A DNA stretch of 64,000 nucleotides from Clostridia bacterium (lineage in GTDB: Bacteria > Bacillota > Clostridia > Oscillospirales > CAG-272). Positions 8,520 to 18,325 of this stretch are shown piece by piece. The notes under the pieces were generated by a model that saw only the letters and a list, made by a program, of their open reading frames with translations, searched no databases and had not been told where the DNA came from. Within the stretch, counting starts at the first letter, position 1. Each line of letters starts with the position of its first letter. A program made the translations under genes and the position numbers. The DNA lies in contig JAFYOX010000089.1 of assembly GCA_017547755.1 (NCBI GenBank), forward strand, positions 1,643 through 65,642. Reading direction: 5' to 3'.

Positions 8520-9850
8520 ATTATTCCATCGGCTGGCTCATGGCGAACGACGGCTTCGAATGTGCCTGCGGAAAGCGGCATTACGGTCTGCTGAAGGACT
8601 GCATCATCGGCGAGAACGCACTGCTCCGCCTGCCGGAAATGCTCCGCAAATACGGCGGCACGCATCCGTTCATCCTCTGCGACACGCTGACATACGAAGC
8701 GGCCGGAAAAGCCGTGACGGAACTTCTGAAAAAGGAAAATATTTCCTATACCATCCACATCATCGAACGCATCCATCCCGCGCCGGACGAAAAGATCGTC
8801 GGCGAAGCGGTGATGTACTGCGATGAGAAATGCGATATCGTCGTTGCGGTCGGCGGCGGTGTCATCAACGATACCTGCAAGATCCTCGCGGCGGCGAAGA
8901 AGGTGACGGACATCTACGTGGCAACGGCTCCGTCCATGGATGGCTTTGCATCCGCATCCTCTTCGATGGAACGCGGCGGACTGAAGGTCTCGCTCAATTC
9001 CAAATGCCCCGACGTCGTCATCGGTGACGCGGAGATCCTTGCCGCCGCCCCGACCCACATGATCCGTTCCGGCATCGGCGACATGATCGCAAAATACGTC
9101 AGCATCGTCGAATGGCAGATCGCCGCGCTCCTGCTCGGGGAATATTACTGCCCGACCGTGGCAGAGATCGTCCGCGCATCGCTGGATGTCTGCGTGAAGG
9201 TCGCAAAAGATGCGGTGAATGGCGATCATGACGCGGTCTGCAAGCTGACCGAAGGTCTGGTCATGTCCGGACTTGCCATGAATTATGCGGGAATCTCCCG
9301 TCCGGCATCCGGCATGGAACATTACATCTCCCACATCATCGATATGCGTGCGCTCGAATTCGGGACACCCGCCGACCTGCACGGCATCCAGTGCGGCATG
9401 GCGACCCTGCTGACCGTACAGGCGTACGAAAAGCTGATGCAGATCACGCCGGACAAGGAAAAAGCACTCGCGTATGTGAACGGTTTCTCTCTTGACGGCT
9501 GGTTTGAACACCTCCGCGCACAGCTCGGTCACGGTGCGGAAGCGATGATCGCTGGAGAACGGAAAGAAAAGAAATACGACGCGGAAAAGCATGCCGCAAG
9601 ACTTGAAAAGATCCTTGATCACTGGGATGAGATCCGCCGTATTGCGGGAGAACTGCCGTCGTCCGCCGGACTGCGGGAATTCTTCGTGTCGATCGGACAT
9701 CTCACCTCCGGAAAGGACTTCGGACTTACGGAAAACGAACTGCGTGAAGCGTTCCTCATGGCGAAGGACATCCGTGACAAATATGTCATCGGACGGATGC
9801 TCTGGGACTTCGGCATTCTGGAAGAATTCGCGGACGCGATCGAATATTGA
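8516..9850 (+). CDS. sn-glycerol-1-phosphate dehydrogenase (AraM/EgsA family)
   Basis: CACGKRH, VGGGVINDTCK, TAPSMDGFAS, SGIGDMIAK, SRPASGMEHYISH, LHGIQCG. Confidence 0.85.
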   Translation: MNYSIGWLMANDGFECACGKRHYGLLKDCIIGENALLRLPEMLRKYGGTHPFILCDTLTYEAAGKAVTELLKKENISYTIHIIERIHPAPDEKIVGEAVMYCDEKCDIVVAVGGGVINDTCKILAAAKKVTDIYVATAPSMDGFASASSSMERGGLKVSLNSKCPDVVIGDAEILAAAPTHMIRSGIGDMIAKYVSIVEWQIAALLLGEYYCPTVAEIVRASLDVCVKVAKDAVNGDHDAVCKLTEGLVMSGLAMNYAGISRPASGMEHYISHIIDMRALEFGTPADLHGIQCGMATLLTVQAYEKLMQITPDKEKALAYVNGFSLDGWFEHLRAQLGHGAEAMIAGERKEKKYDAEKHAARLEKILDHWDEIRRIAGELPSSAGLREFFVSIGHLTSGKDFGLTENELREAFLMAKDIRDKYVIGRMLWDFGILEEFADAIEY

Positions 9851-9907
9851 GTGGAACCGGATCGCCCGAACCACCCTTCGTGCCATCCGGAAACAGGAGG
9901 TAACCTT

Positions 9908-11377
9908 ATGTATCTGACCAATCTCTACCCCCGTCCTGCTTCCTTTTGTGAAACGGAAGATATCCGCTATACCTTCGGAAGCCGCGTGACGGCGTATCTC
10001 ACGGCTCCCGCTCTTTCCGCCGATATGATCGGACGGATGCGGTCCCTCTGGAACAATTTCGCAAAGACCGCCTCCGAACTGGACATCCGCACCGTTCCGG
10101 CGGCGCACGGCTGTTCTCTCCGGATCGGCGATATCCCGGAATCCGGTGAGATCCCCGAACATTATGCGATCACCGCCGACGGACGCGGCGTTCTGCTGAC
10201 GGCGGCGGATGCCAATGCCCTCATGGACGGATTCGCGACACTTGTACAGCTCATCTGCCCCGTGGATCTCGATGAAGGCAAGGAAGAATTCTATATCACC
10301 GGCGTGCAGATCACGGACAAGCCGTCGGTCGGCTTCCGGAGCGTGCATTTCTGCATCTTCCCGGACAGCGCCCTGTCCACCATCGAAAAGGCGATCCACA
10401 TGGCGGGATTCATGAAATTCACGCACGTTGTCCTCGAATTCTGGGGAACGCTCCGCTACGAGACCATGCCGGAGCTGGCATGGAAGGACCGTTCGTTCAC
10501 GAAAGCCGAGATGCGTACCCTTGTTGACCTCGCGCGCAGCTACGGCATGGAAGTGATCCCGATGATCAACCATTTCGGTCATGCGCCGGGTGCAAGAAGC
10601 TGTTACGGACGGCACACGATCCTCAACGCCAATCCGCGCCGTGCGAAACTTTTCGAGCCGGACGGCTGGACGTGGTGCCTGTCGAATCCCGATACGTACA
10701 AGCTCCTGTCCGATATGCGCGAAGAACTGTTCGACCTCTGCGGAGAGGGTTCGTACTTCCATCTCGGCTTCGACGAAGCGTATTCCTTTGCGACCTGCGA
10801 CGTCTGCCGGAAGCGCGTACCCGCCGAACTTCTCGCGGAATACATCAACCGCCTGACGGAAGACCTTGCGAAGACCGGACGCCGTCCGATCATCTGGCAC
10901 GACGAGCTCATCCGCCGCTCCGATTTCGCCGGAAAGATCCCCGACGCCATCGTTGCAAACGGACAGTCCCACAATACGGATGCCGCGCTTGACCTTCTCG
11001 ACCGCCGCGTCATCATCGCCGACTGGCAGTACGAATACCGCAGTACCGGCGACGGCGGAAACGTCAATCCCACCGCGTCGTATTTCCAGTCGAAGGGATT
11101 CGACACTGTCCTCTGTCCGTGGGATGATCTGGGCAACGTCCGCACGCTCTGCGAAGACGCGCGTCTTCTGTCCGCGTACGGCGTGATGCTGACGACGTGG
11201 CACCATCTGCCCGCATTCCTGCCGAAATTCCTGAACGTCTCGGAATACGCATGGCACGCGAAGGGACCGTACACGCACGTTCCGATCACGGAAGCGGCGG
11301 CGATCCTGCGCACGGTATACCCGACGTACGGCGATTACGTCAGCTCCGGATGGAACGCATTCGAAGTGGATGGATAA
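9908..11377 (+). CDS. GH20-family glycoside hydrolase (hexosaminidase-like)
   Basis: ITDKPSVGFRSVH, EVIPMINHFGH, FHLGFDEA (catalytic DE), IWHDEL; start ATG 9908 after SD AGGAGG. Confidence 0.75.
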   Translation: MYLTNLYPRPASFCETEDIRYTFGSRVTAYLTAPALSADMIGRMRSLWNNFAKTASELDIRTVPAAHGCSLRIGDIPESGEIPEHYAITADGRGVLLTAADANALMDGFATLVQLICPVDLDEGKEEFYITGVQITDKPSVGFRSVHFCIFPDSALSTIEKAIHMAGFMKFTHVVLEFWGTLRYETMPELAWKDRSFTKAEMRTLVDLARSYGMEVIPMINHFGHAPGARSCYGRHTILNANPRRAKLFEPDGWTWCLSNPDTYKLLSDMREELFDLCGEGSYFHLGFDEAYSFATCDVCRKRVPAELLAEYINRLTEDLAKTGRRPIIWHDELIRRSDFAGKIPDAIVANGQSHNTDAALDLLDRRVIIADWQYEYRSTGDGGNVNPTASYFQSKGFDTVLCPWDDLGNVRTLCEDARLLSAYGVMLTTWHHLPAFLPKFLNVSEYAWHAKGPYTHVPITEAAAILRTVYPTYGDYVSSGWNAFEVDG

Positions 11378-11408
11378 TACCGGGAAATAATATAAAAACC
11401 TGTTAAAT

Positions 11409-11449
11409 AATCGCCCGGAATTGACTTTCCGGGCGATTTGTGCTATATT
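11409..11449 (+). promoter_or_regulatory. sigma-A promoter whose -35 lies in the loop of a 12-bp palindrome
   Basis: AATCGCCCGGAA-TTGACT-TTCCGGGCGATT; TTGACT-N17-TATATT. Confidence 0.6.
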
Positions 11450-11492
11450 AGGCTTATATTAAATGATTACAGATGAAAGAAGGACTGCATCC

Positions 11493-13004
11493 ATGAAAAA
11501 GCAGAACCGGCTTGCCGCACTTGTGCTGGCACTTCTCCTTGCACTCCCGTTTGCTTCCTGCGCATCCAACGAAGAAACCAATCCCGACGACGCACAGACG
11601 ACTGTGACCGCCTCCGAAGGCACCGTCGCGGAAGAAGAAGTTTCCGAAGAACCTGCCGAAGAACGCCTCAAGCCGAACATTCCCGAAACCGCGGATTTCG
11701 GCGGCGATGAGATCTACTTCCTCCACTGGTATCATCCGTCGTGGGACGCGACCGTCCGCACCAACCGTGACCTTTACGCGGAATCCCTCACCGGTGAAGC
11801 CATCAACGACGTCGTCTACAACCGCAACATGAAGATCGAGACCGACTACAACGTCAAGATCGCGTTCGAAAACCTCGACCTCGGTCAGATCGACGGTGCG
11901 ATCTCCAAGGCGGTTGCCAGCGGTGACGATACCTACGACGTTGTCTACCCCCGTCTCTACGAAGCGGCGAGCATGTACCAGAAGGACTACTTCCTCAACC
12001 TCTTCGACGTACCGAACCTCGACCTCACCCAGCCGTGGTGGGACGGAAACTGCGTGGAATCCCTGTCCATGAACAACCGTCTTCTTGCGGTCGCCGGCTC
12101 TCTCAACATCAACGACAAGGATGCAACGGCGGCGCTCGCGTTCAACAAGGGCTACGCGGAATCCCTCGGACTTGCAAACATCTATGACATCGTCCTCGAA
12201 GGCGAATGGACCTACGACCAGCTCATCTCCATGGCGGAAGGCGCGGCAGTCGACACCAACGGCAACGGCGTCATGGAAGACGAAGATATGTGGGGTCTCC
12301 TCGGCGGTCACGACGTTATGTCCGCATTCTGGTTCGGTTCCGGTGAACTCATGGTCACCAAGGACGCCGACGATATCTTCCAGTTCACCTTCGGCAGCGA
12401 ACGCTCCGTCACGGCGGCGGAACGTGTCGTCAGCCTCATGAACCAGAACTGGTTCCTCAACCACCATATGATCGCCAATACCGACGATACCTACTACACC
12501 CAGCTCTTTGAAACCGGCCACGGCCTCTTCTTCTGGATGCGTCTGGACGAAGTTACCAATATGCGTGCCGGTGACACCGACTTCGGCATCATCCCGACCC
12601 CGAAGTACGAAGCATCCCAGGACAATTACTACAGCATGGTTTCCCAGCACACCACGGGTCTGATGTCCATTCCGCTCGTCATCACCGGCGAAAAGCTTTC
12701 CAACCTCGGTATCATCCTCGAAGCGATGGCTGCGGAATCCCATTATGAACTGATCCCGACCTACATCGAAGAATCCCTCAAGACCAAGTATTCCCGTGAC
12801 GCGGAATCCGGCGCAATGCTTGACATCATCATCAACAACCGCGTCTTCGACCCGATGCTGATCTACAACTTCGGCGGTTTCGCGGACACCTTCCAGAACT
12901 GGGGCGGTGCAAACAATACCCAGATCGCATCCACGCTTGCAAAATCCCAGAAGGCGGTTCAGAAGCTTCTCGACCGCTTCATCGAAGCCAATATGGGCGA
13001 ATAA
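11493..13004 (+). CDS. Extracellular solute-binding lipoprotein (carbohydrate type)
   Basis: Lipobox FASC, acidic linker, LDLTQPWWD, GEWTYD, DFGIIPTPKY, RDAESGAMLDII. Confidence 0.8.
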   Translation: MKKQNRLAALVLALLLALPFASCASNEETNPDDAQTTVTASEGTVAEEEVSEEPAEERLKPNIPETADFGGDEIYFLHWYHPSWDATVRTNRDLYAESLTGEAINDVVYNRNMKIETDYNVKIAFENLDLGQIDGAISKAVASGDDTYDVVYPRLYEAASMYQKDYFLNLFDVPNLDLTQPWWDGNCVESLSMNNRLLAVAGSLNINDKDATAALAFNKGYAESLGLANIYDIVLEGEWTYDQLISMAEGAAVDTNGNGVMEDEDMWGLLGGHDVMSAFWFGSGELMVTKDADDIFQFTFGSERSVTAAERVVSLMNQNWFLNHHMIANTDDTYYTQLFETGHGLFFWMRLDEVTNMRAGDTDFGIIPTPKYEASQDNYYSMVSQHTTGLMSIPLVITGEKLSNLGIILEAMAAESHYELIPTYIEESLKTKYSRDAESGAMLDIIINNRVFDPMLIYNFGGFADTFQNWGGANNTQIASTLAKSQKAVQKLLDRFIEANMGE

Positions 13005-13013
13005 TTTTTACGG

Positions 13014-13053
13014 AAAACAGGTGCTGTTCCTTTGCGGACAGTGCCTGTTTTTT
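13014..13053 (+). terminator. Intrinsic terminator
   Basis: AAAACAGGTGCTGTTC...GGACAGTGCCTGTTTTTT hairpin plus U-tract. Confidence 0.7.
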
Positions 13054-13117
13054 CGTTATATCACAGAAATTCCGAAATATTTACCAAACTTAACAAACTC
13101 CTGTTACAAATTTGCTA

Positions 13118-13146
13118 TTGAAAAAACAAAATTCCTATTGTATAAT
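13118..13146 (+). promoter_or_regulatory. sigma-A promoter
   Basis: TTGAAA-N17-TATAAT. Confidence 0.6.
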
Positions 13147-13240
13147 ATAAGCTGACGTGTTTTATAACGAGATACCGCCGGATGGACACGCAAACGTGCG
13201 ATTCCGCGGAAATCCGACCGAAACCCGAAAGGAAATAACC

Positions 13241-14674
13241 ATGCTGTCGGCATTAAAAAATTTTGGCGTGACATTTCTGATCGCCGCCATGCTGTTCGGG
13301 ATCATGGCATACTTTGCCATCGGCTTCGTGACCAATACCATGAACAGTATCATGAGCGACGAAGAAAATGAACTCACCGAGATCATGCAGAACGAGGACA
13401 CACAGAACCTTGTGAACGCCGGAACGGATCCTGCACAGACGCAGAAACCGGACAAGGAAGCGATTCCCGGGGAAAGTTTCAATTTCGTCGTCATCACGAC
13501 CGACTACCGTCCCGATCTCTACGATAATTACAAGCCCACCCTCGAGCATATGTACCAGACGGACTGGTACTCCGTCCCTTCGTCCGACACGCGCGGCTGT
13601 CTTGCCGGAGAATACCGGGAACCCCGTGCATCTTCCGTTGTCCTTGTCCGCGCGGATAGGGAAGCGAAGGAATATACATATACCAGCTTTTCTCCCGAAA
13701 CGCAGGTCTACACCACTTCCGGCCTCCATACGCTTGCCGAAGTCTACAGCCTGTACGGCAAGCAGGCCATTGCGGATCACCTCCACGCGATGACCGGTCT
13801 GAAGATCAGGTACACTCTCCTGATCAACGCATACAATTTCGATGAATTTCTGGAGATCTGCGGCGCACCGACGATCACCCTCGCCAAGGACATCTATCAG
13901 GACGCGGACATGGCATATACCATGCAGTTCGAGACCACGAAGGAAAACATCGGCACCGACGGATACCCGTGGACGGAACATATCCCGAACACACTGATCC
14001 TTCCGGCAGGGGACATTGAGCTGACCGCGGAAAACATTGAGATCCTCAACTCCGTTGCGGTACAGACCGCTGCGGATGCCGCTGCCAGGGAAACATGGAC
14101 GGTGGATATCGTCAGGGCGTTCCTTACTGCTGTCGGTACCAGGGAAGACCTCAAGCCTCTTCTCGCGCAGCTCATCACGAACAAGTCCGAATGGAGCAAC
14201 ATCGAAGGTCTGAATTACACCGAACCGGAGCCGGAAATCACGGAACCGGAATCTGCGGACGGCGAAACCGCCGCGCCGGAGAACACGGAAGGTGAAGTTC
14301 CCGGCACGGACGCACCGACGGAAGACGAACCGTATAACCCGTGGGAAGACACAGGCGGTGAATCCGCGGAAACCGTTCCCGCTGACGCGGAAGACGGAAC
14401 CGAAGACCCCGCTGCGGAACCGGTAGAAGAGGAAGAAACGATCAACCGGATCTGGCTCCTTCCTCTGGGCGAACCAGAAAGTCCCATTCTGGAGACCGAT
14501 TACACTATGAACGACTTCGAAGCGGTCGGCGCACTTCTTGCCGCCGCGGACGATTTCGAAAATATCAACGTACCCTATCCCGGCAGATTTATGGAAGCGA
14601 AGGATGACTCCGCTCCCTACTTCAATCCCGACCTCAATGCAGGTCTGGAAAAATTCCAGCAGTACCGTAAATAA
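13241..14674 (+). CDS. Membrane-anchored protein with a degenerate LCP (LytR-CpsA-Psr)-like domain and an acidic insert
   Basis: N-terminal TM; FNFVVITTDYR...SVVLVRAD...SFSPETQV...LAEVYSLYG...MTGLKIRYTLLIN echoes the LCP segment order; start after SD AAAGGA. Confidence 0.55.
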   Translation: MLSALKNFGVTFLIAAMLFGIMAYFAIGFVTNTMNSIMSDEENELTEIMQNEDTQNLVNAGTDPAQTQKPDKEAIPGESFNFVVITTDYRPDLYDNYKPTLEHMYQTDWYSVPSSDTRGCLAGEYREPRASSVVLVRADREAKEYTYTSFSPETQVYTTSGLHTLAEVYSLYGKQAIADHLHAMTGLKIRYTLLINAYNFDEFLEICGAPTITLAKDIYQDADMAYTMQFETTKENIGTDGYPWTEHIPNTLILPAGDIELTAENIEILNSVAVQTAADAAARETWTVDIVRAFLTAVGTREDLKPLLAQLITNKSEWSNIEGLNYTEPEPEITEPESADGETAAPENTEGEVPGTDAPTEDEPYNPWEDTGGESAETVPADAEDGTEDPAAEPVEEEETINRIWLLPLGEPESPILETDYTMNDFEAVGALLAAADDFENINVPYPGRFMEAKDDSAPYFNPDLNAGLEKFQQYRK

Positions 14675-14708
14675 TTCCAACAACTCTACATAAAGGAGCA
14701 CTATCATC

Positions 14709-16118
14709 ATGGCAAGAATGGCAAATTCCGACAAGACAATGGATAAAGTCGTTGCTCTCTGCAAAAACAGAGGCTTCGTATATGCAGGCAGCGAAATCTA
14801 CGGCGGTCTTGCAAACTCCTGGGACTACGGCCCGCTCGGCGTTGAATTCAAGAACAACGTCAAGAAGGCATGGTGGAAGAAGTTCGTTACCGAATGTCCC
14901 TACAACGTCGGTCTCGACTCCGCGATCATCATGAACCCCCAGACCTGGGTGGCTTCCGGTCACCTCGGCGGCTTCTCCGACCCGCTCATGGACTGCAAGT
15001 CCTGCAAGAGCCGTCACAGAGCCGACAAGCTCATCGAAGACTACGCATTCCAGAACAACATTGACGTCAATCCCGCAGGCTGGACCGACGAAGAAATGAG
15101 CGCATACATCGCGGAAAAGGGCATCGCATGCCCGGACTGCGGCGCGACCGACTTCACCGACATCCGTAAGTTCAACCTGATGTTCAAGACCTTCATCGGC
15201 GTAACCGAAGGTTCTTCCAACACCGTATACCTCCGTCCCGAAACCGCTCAGGGTATTTTCGTCAACTTCAAGAACGTTGCACGTACCACCCGTAAGAAGA
15301 TGCCCTTCGGCGTAGGTCAGATCGGTAAGTCCTTCCGTAACGAAATCACCCCCGGCAACTTCGTATTCCGTACCCGTGAATTCGAACAGATGGAACTTGA
15401 ATTCTTCTGCAAGCCCGGTACCGACCTTGACTGGTTCAACTACTGGAGAAACTTCTGCGCAGAATGGCTCTACAACCTCGGCATGACCAAGGAAAACCTC
15501 CGTCTCCGCGACCACTCTCCGGAAGAACTCTGCTTCTACTCCAAGGGTACCACCGACATCGAATTCCTCTTCCCGTTCGGATGGGGCGAACTCTGGGGTA
15601 TTGCTGACCGTACCGACTACGACCTTACCCAGCACCAGAACGTATCCGGCGAATCCATGGACTACTTCGACGCGGAAACCAACGAAAAGTACATTCCGTA
15701 CGTTGTTGAACCGTCCCTCGGTGCTGACCGCGTAGCTCTCGCATTCCTCTGCGACGCATACGACGAAGAAATCGTAGACCCCGCAAAGAACGACGTCCGC
15801 GTAGTGCTCCACCTGCACCCGGCTCTCGCACCGTTCAAGTGCGCCGTTCTCCCGCTTTCCAAGAAGCTCTCCGACAAGGCGACCGAAGAAGTATTCCAGG
15901 GCCTCTCCAAGAAGTTCAACGTGGACTTCGACGACGCAGGTTCCATCGGTAAGAGATACCGCCGCGAAGACGAAATCGGTACTCCCTTCTGCATCACCTA
16001 CGACTTCGAATCCGTGGAAGACCACTGCGTAACCGTACGTGACCGTGACACCATGGAACAGATCCGTATGCCCATCGCAGATCTCGAAGCATACATCGCT
16101 GAAAAGATCGAATTCTAA
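14709..16118 (+). CDS. glyQS: Glycine--tRNA ligase (homodimeric type)
   Basis: [58 protein letters not shown]. Confidence 0.97.
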   Translation: MARMANSDKTMDKVVALCKNRGFVYAGSEIYGGLANSWDYGPLGVEFKNNVKKAWWKKFVTECPYNVGLDSAIIMNPQTWVASGHLGGFSDPLMDCKSCKSRHRADKLIEDYAFQNNIDVNPAGWTDEEMSAYIAEKGIACPDCGATDFTDIRKFNLMFKTFIGVTEGSSNTVYLRPETAQGIFVNFKNVARTTRKKMPFGVGQIGKSFRNEITPGNFVFRTREFEQMELEFFCKPGTDLDWFNYWRNFCAEWLYNLGMTKENLRLRDHSPEELCFYSKGTTDIEFLFPFGWGELWGIADRTDYDLTQHQNVSGESMDYFDAETNEKYIPYVVEPSLGADRVALAFLCDAYDEEIVDPAKNDVRVVLHLHPALAPFKCAVLPLSKKLSDKATEEVFQGLSKKFNVDFDDAGSIGKRYRREDEIGTPFCITYDFESVEDHCVTVRDRDTMEQIRMPIADLEAYIAEKIEF

Positions 16119-16134
16119 TTGAATAATATCTTTC

Positions 16135-16187
16135 GCGGGAAACCTTTTTCAGGAAAAAGGTTTCCCGCACCTTTCCGAAAACCTTTT
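16135..16187 (+). repeat. REP-like palindrome copy 1 (after glyQS)
   Basis: GCGGGAAACCTTTTTC-AG-GAAAAAGGTTTCCCGC followed by ACCTTTCCGAAAACCTTTT. Confidence 0.75.
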
Positions 16188-16283
16188 GGATCTGAGATGA
16201 AAACAGGATCGGGTGCATATTTTTGGGAAGGGATCGTTTGTTTTTCTGCATGAAATTTGGATTTATACAGAAAGGAAACCACT

Positions 16284-17165
16284 ATGCTTATCAATTTACA
16301 GAACGGCGATGCGTCTGCCGCTGTACGGACGCAGGGCGGCGAACTCGTTTCCTTCCTTCATGACGGGATCGAATACGTATGGCAGGGACTGCCGGAATTC
16401 TGGGACGGTCAGGCACCGATCCTGTTCCCGGTCTGCTGCTCGCCGAAGGACGGCAAAATGGCACACGTCGGTGCGGAATATCCGATGCCCAAGCACGGAT
16501 TTGCAAAGGACTGTGATTTTGAAGTGATCTTCATGTCCAAGAACAAGGTGGTTCTGGAACAGCGTGAAACGGACGAAACGCTCCGTATGTTCCCGTTCTG
16601 CTATTCCCTGAAGGCGGAATACACCCTTCTGGAAGACGGTTTTGACGTACGTTTTGTCGTACGCAATCTCGACCGGAACGAAATGACCTTCTGCATCGGC
16701 GGTCATCCGGGCTTCAACGTTCCGCTGACCGAAGAAGACGGCGGATTCGAAGACTACAGCCTGTACTTCGCCGACGCGGACGGCTGCACCGTATCGATCA
16801 CGAACAAAGGCTTCATGGACGCGTCCGTCCCGAAGTGCGACCGTCTGAACGGCACCAACGAACTTCCGCTGAAGTACCGCGACTTCGACAACGATGCGAT
16901 GATCGTGGAAAATCTTCCCGTGAAGTCCGTGAGCCTTGTTTCCCGCCGCTCCGGCAGAGGTCTCCGCTTTGATTTCGGCGGATTTGACGCGCTCGGACTC
17001 TGGACGCCCGACCACATGGAGGCACCTTTCCTCTGTCTGGAACCGTGGAACGGTCTTCCGGCGGACGTTGCCGAAACCATCGACGCCAAGAGCAAGAAAT
17101 ACGCCATCACCCTCGAACCCGGCGCGGAATACGCGACCGGCTACCGCATGACGGTCATCCGATAA
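16284..17165 (+). CDS. Aldose 1-epimerase family protein (LacX-like)
   Basis: EYVWQG...FW.GQAPILFP, KHGFAK, IGGHPGFN, FLCLEPWNG. Confidence 0.9.
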   Translation: MLINLQNGDASAAVRTQGGELVSFLHDGIEYVWQGLPEFWDGQAPILFPVCCSPKDGKMAHVGAEYPMPKHGFAKDCDFEVIFMSKNKVVLEQRETDETLRMFPFCYSLKAEYTLLEDGFDVRFVVRNLDRNEMTFCIGGHPGFNVPLTEEDGGFEDYSLYFADADGCTVSITNKGFMDASVPKCDRLNGTNELPLKYRDFDNDAMIVENLPVKSVSLVSRRSGRGLRFDFGGFDALGLWTPDHMEAPFLCLEPWNGLPADVAETIDAKSKKYAITLEPGAEYATGYRMTVIR

Positions 17166-17168
17166 CAT

Positions 17169-18095
17169 ATGATTTACGATTTATGCAATCTTTCGACCGT
17201 TCGTTCCCTTCTCGAACGGTACAATCTTGCGCCGAAGAAGGGTTTCGGGCAGAACTTTCTGATCAATCCCGCGGTTCCCGAACGGATCGCGGAGCTGTCT
17301 TCGTCGTTTGCGGATCACACGAAGCCGACCGGCGTTATTGAGATCGGTCCGGGCGTGGGTGCGCTGACGCAGTACCTTGCCGGGGAATTCGACAAGGTGG
17401 TCGCAGTGGAGATCGACCGCGGACTGATCCCGCTTCTCGGGGAAGTCTTCGCGGATTTCGACAACATCACCGTTGTTGAAGCGGACTTCATGAACATCGA
17501 TCTGCACGCATTCCTGCGCGAACATTTCGGCGGGATCATCGACGCCGGCGGAAGCATCTCCGTCTGTGCGAATCTGCCGTACTACATCACCACGCCGGTG
17601 ATCATGAAGCTGCTCGAAGCGTTTCCGCTGACGGAAAAGATCCCGCTGTCGTCGATCGTGGTCATGATCCAGCTGGAAGTGGCACGCCGTCTCGCGGCAA
17701 CGCCCGCGCAGTCGGACTACGGCTCCATCTCGGCGGAGATCGCGCTCCGTGCCGAAGCGAAGAAGCTGCTTGACGTATCCGCCGGCAATTTCCTGCCGGT
17801 ACCGAAAGTGGCGTCCGCCGTTGTGGGAATCGTTCCGCACGGCGGCATCCGTGAAGTCTATCCGGACGCACCGGCAGACGACGCCGAATGCCTCGCCTAC
17901 TCCGCGAAGGTCTCCGAGCTGATCACGCTCGCCTTCGGTCAGCGCCGCAAGACCCTCATCAATGCAGTCAGCGAAAAATACCCCAAAGACAAAGTCGCCG
18001 CTGTTCTCGAACAATGCGGCATCCGTCCCGACATCCGCGGCGAAAAACTCACCGCCGCCGACTTCTGCCGGATCGCGGATCTGCTTGGAAAATAA
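17169..18095 (+). CDS. rsmA: 16S rRNA m6,2A dimethyltransferase RsmA/KsgA
   Basis: KKGFGQNFL, IEIGPGVGALT, VEID, ANLPYYITTP, FGQRRKTL. Confidence 0.95.
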   Translation: MIYDLCNLSTVRSLLERYNLAPKKGFGQNFLINPAVPERIAELSSSFADHTKPTGVIEIGPGVGALTQYLAGEFDKVVAVEIDRGLIPLLGEVFADFDNITVVEADFMNIDLHAFLREHFGGIIDAGGSISVCANLPYYITTPVIMKLLEAFPLTEKIPLSSIVVMIQLEVARRLAATPAQSDYGSISAEIALRAEAKKLLDVSAGNFLPVPKVASAVVGIVPHGGIREVYPDAPADDAECLAYSAKVSELITLAFGQRRKTLINAVSEKYPKDKVAAVLEQCGIRPDIRGEKLTAADFCRIADLLGK

Positions 18096-18100
18096 TTTTT

Positions 18101-18316
18101 GTGGGGAAATCTTTTTGCAAAAAGGTTTCCCCACACCCTTTCCAAAAAACTTCAGACTATAAACGAAACAAAGAAAGTGCAGATTTGAAGATACAAAATT
18201 ACTGTAAAATTTACAGCCGTTTTGCACTCCGGGTCTGCACTTTCTTTATCTGTCCATATAGTAAAAAGTTTTTTGGATGGGGTTCGGGGAAACCTTTTTG
18301 TAAAAAGGTTTCCCCG
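18101..18316. repeat. Inverted REP doublet (copies 2 and 3) with a self-complementary spacer; REPIN/BIME-like
   Basis: 18101-18152 and 18266-18316 are near reverse complements; inner IR AAGAAAGTGCAGA / TCTGCACTTTCTT. Confidence 0.75.
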
Positions 18317-18325
18317 GGAAAATAA

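Noticed and set aside
8516-9850. Archaeal-type ether lipid biosynthesis inferred from G1PDH
   Set aside because: No GGGP/DGGGP synthase in the window; the context is sugar catabolism
17888-18325. 145-aa ORF spanning the rsmA end and the REP doublet, as a possible transposase
   Set aside because: Alternative frame of rsmA plus translated repeat sequence; no HUH or DDE motifs
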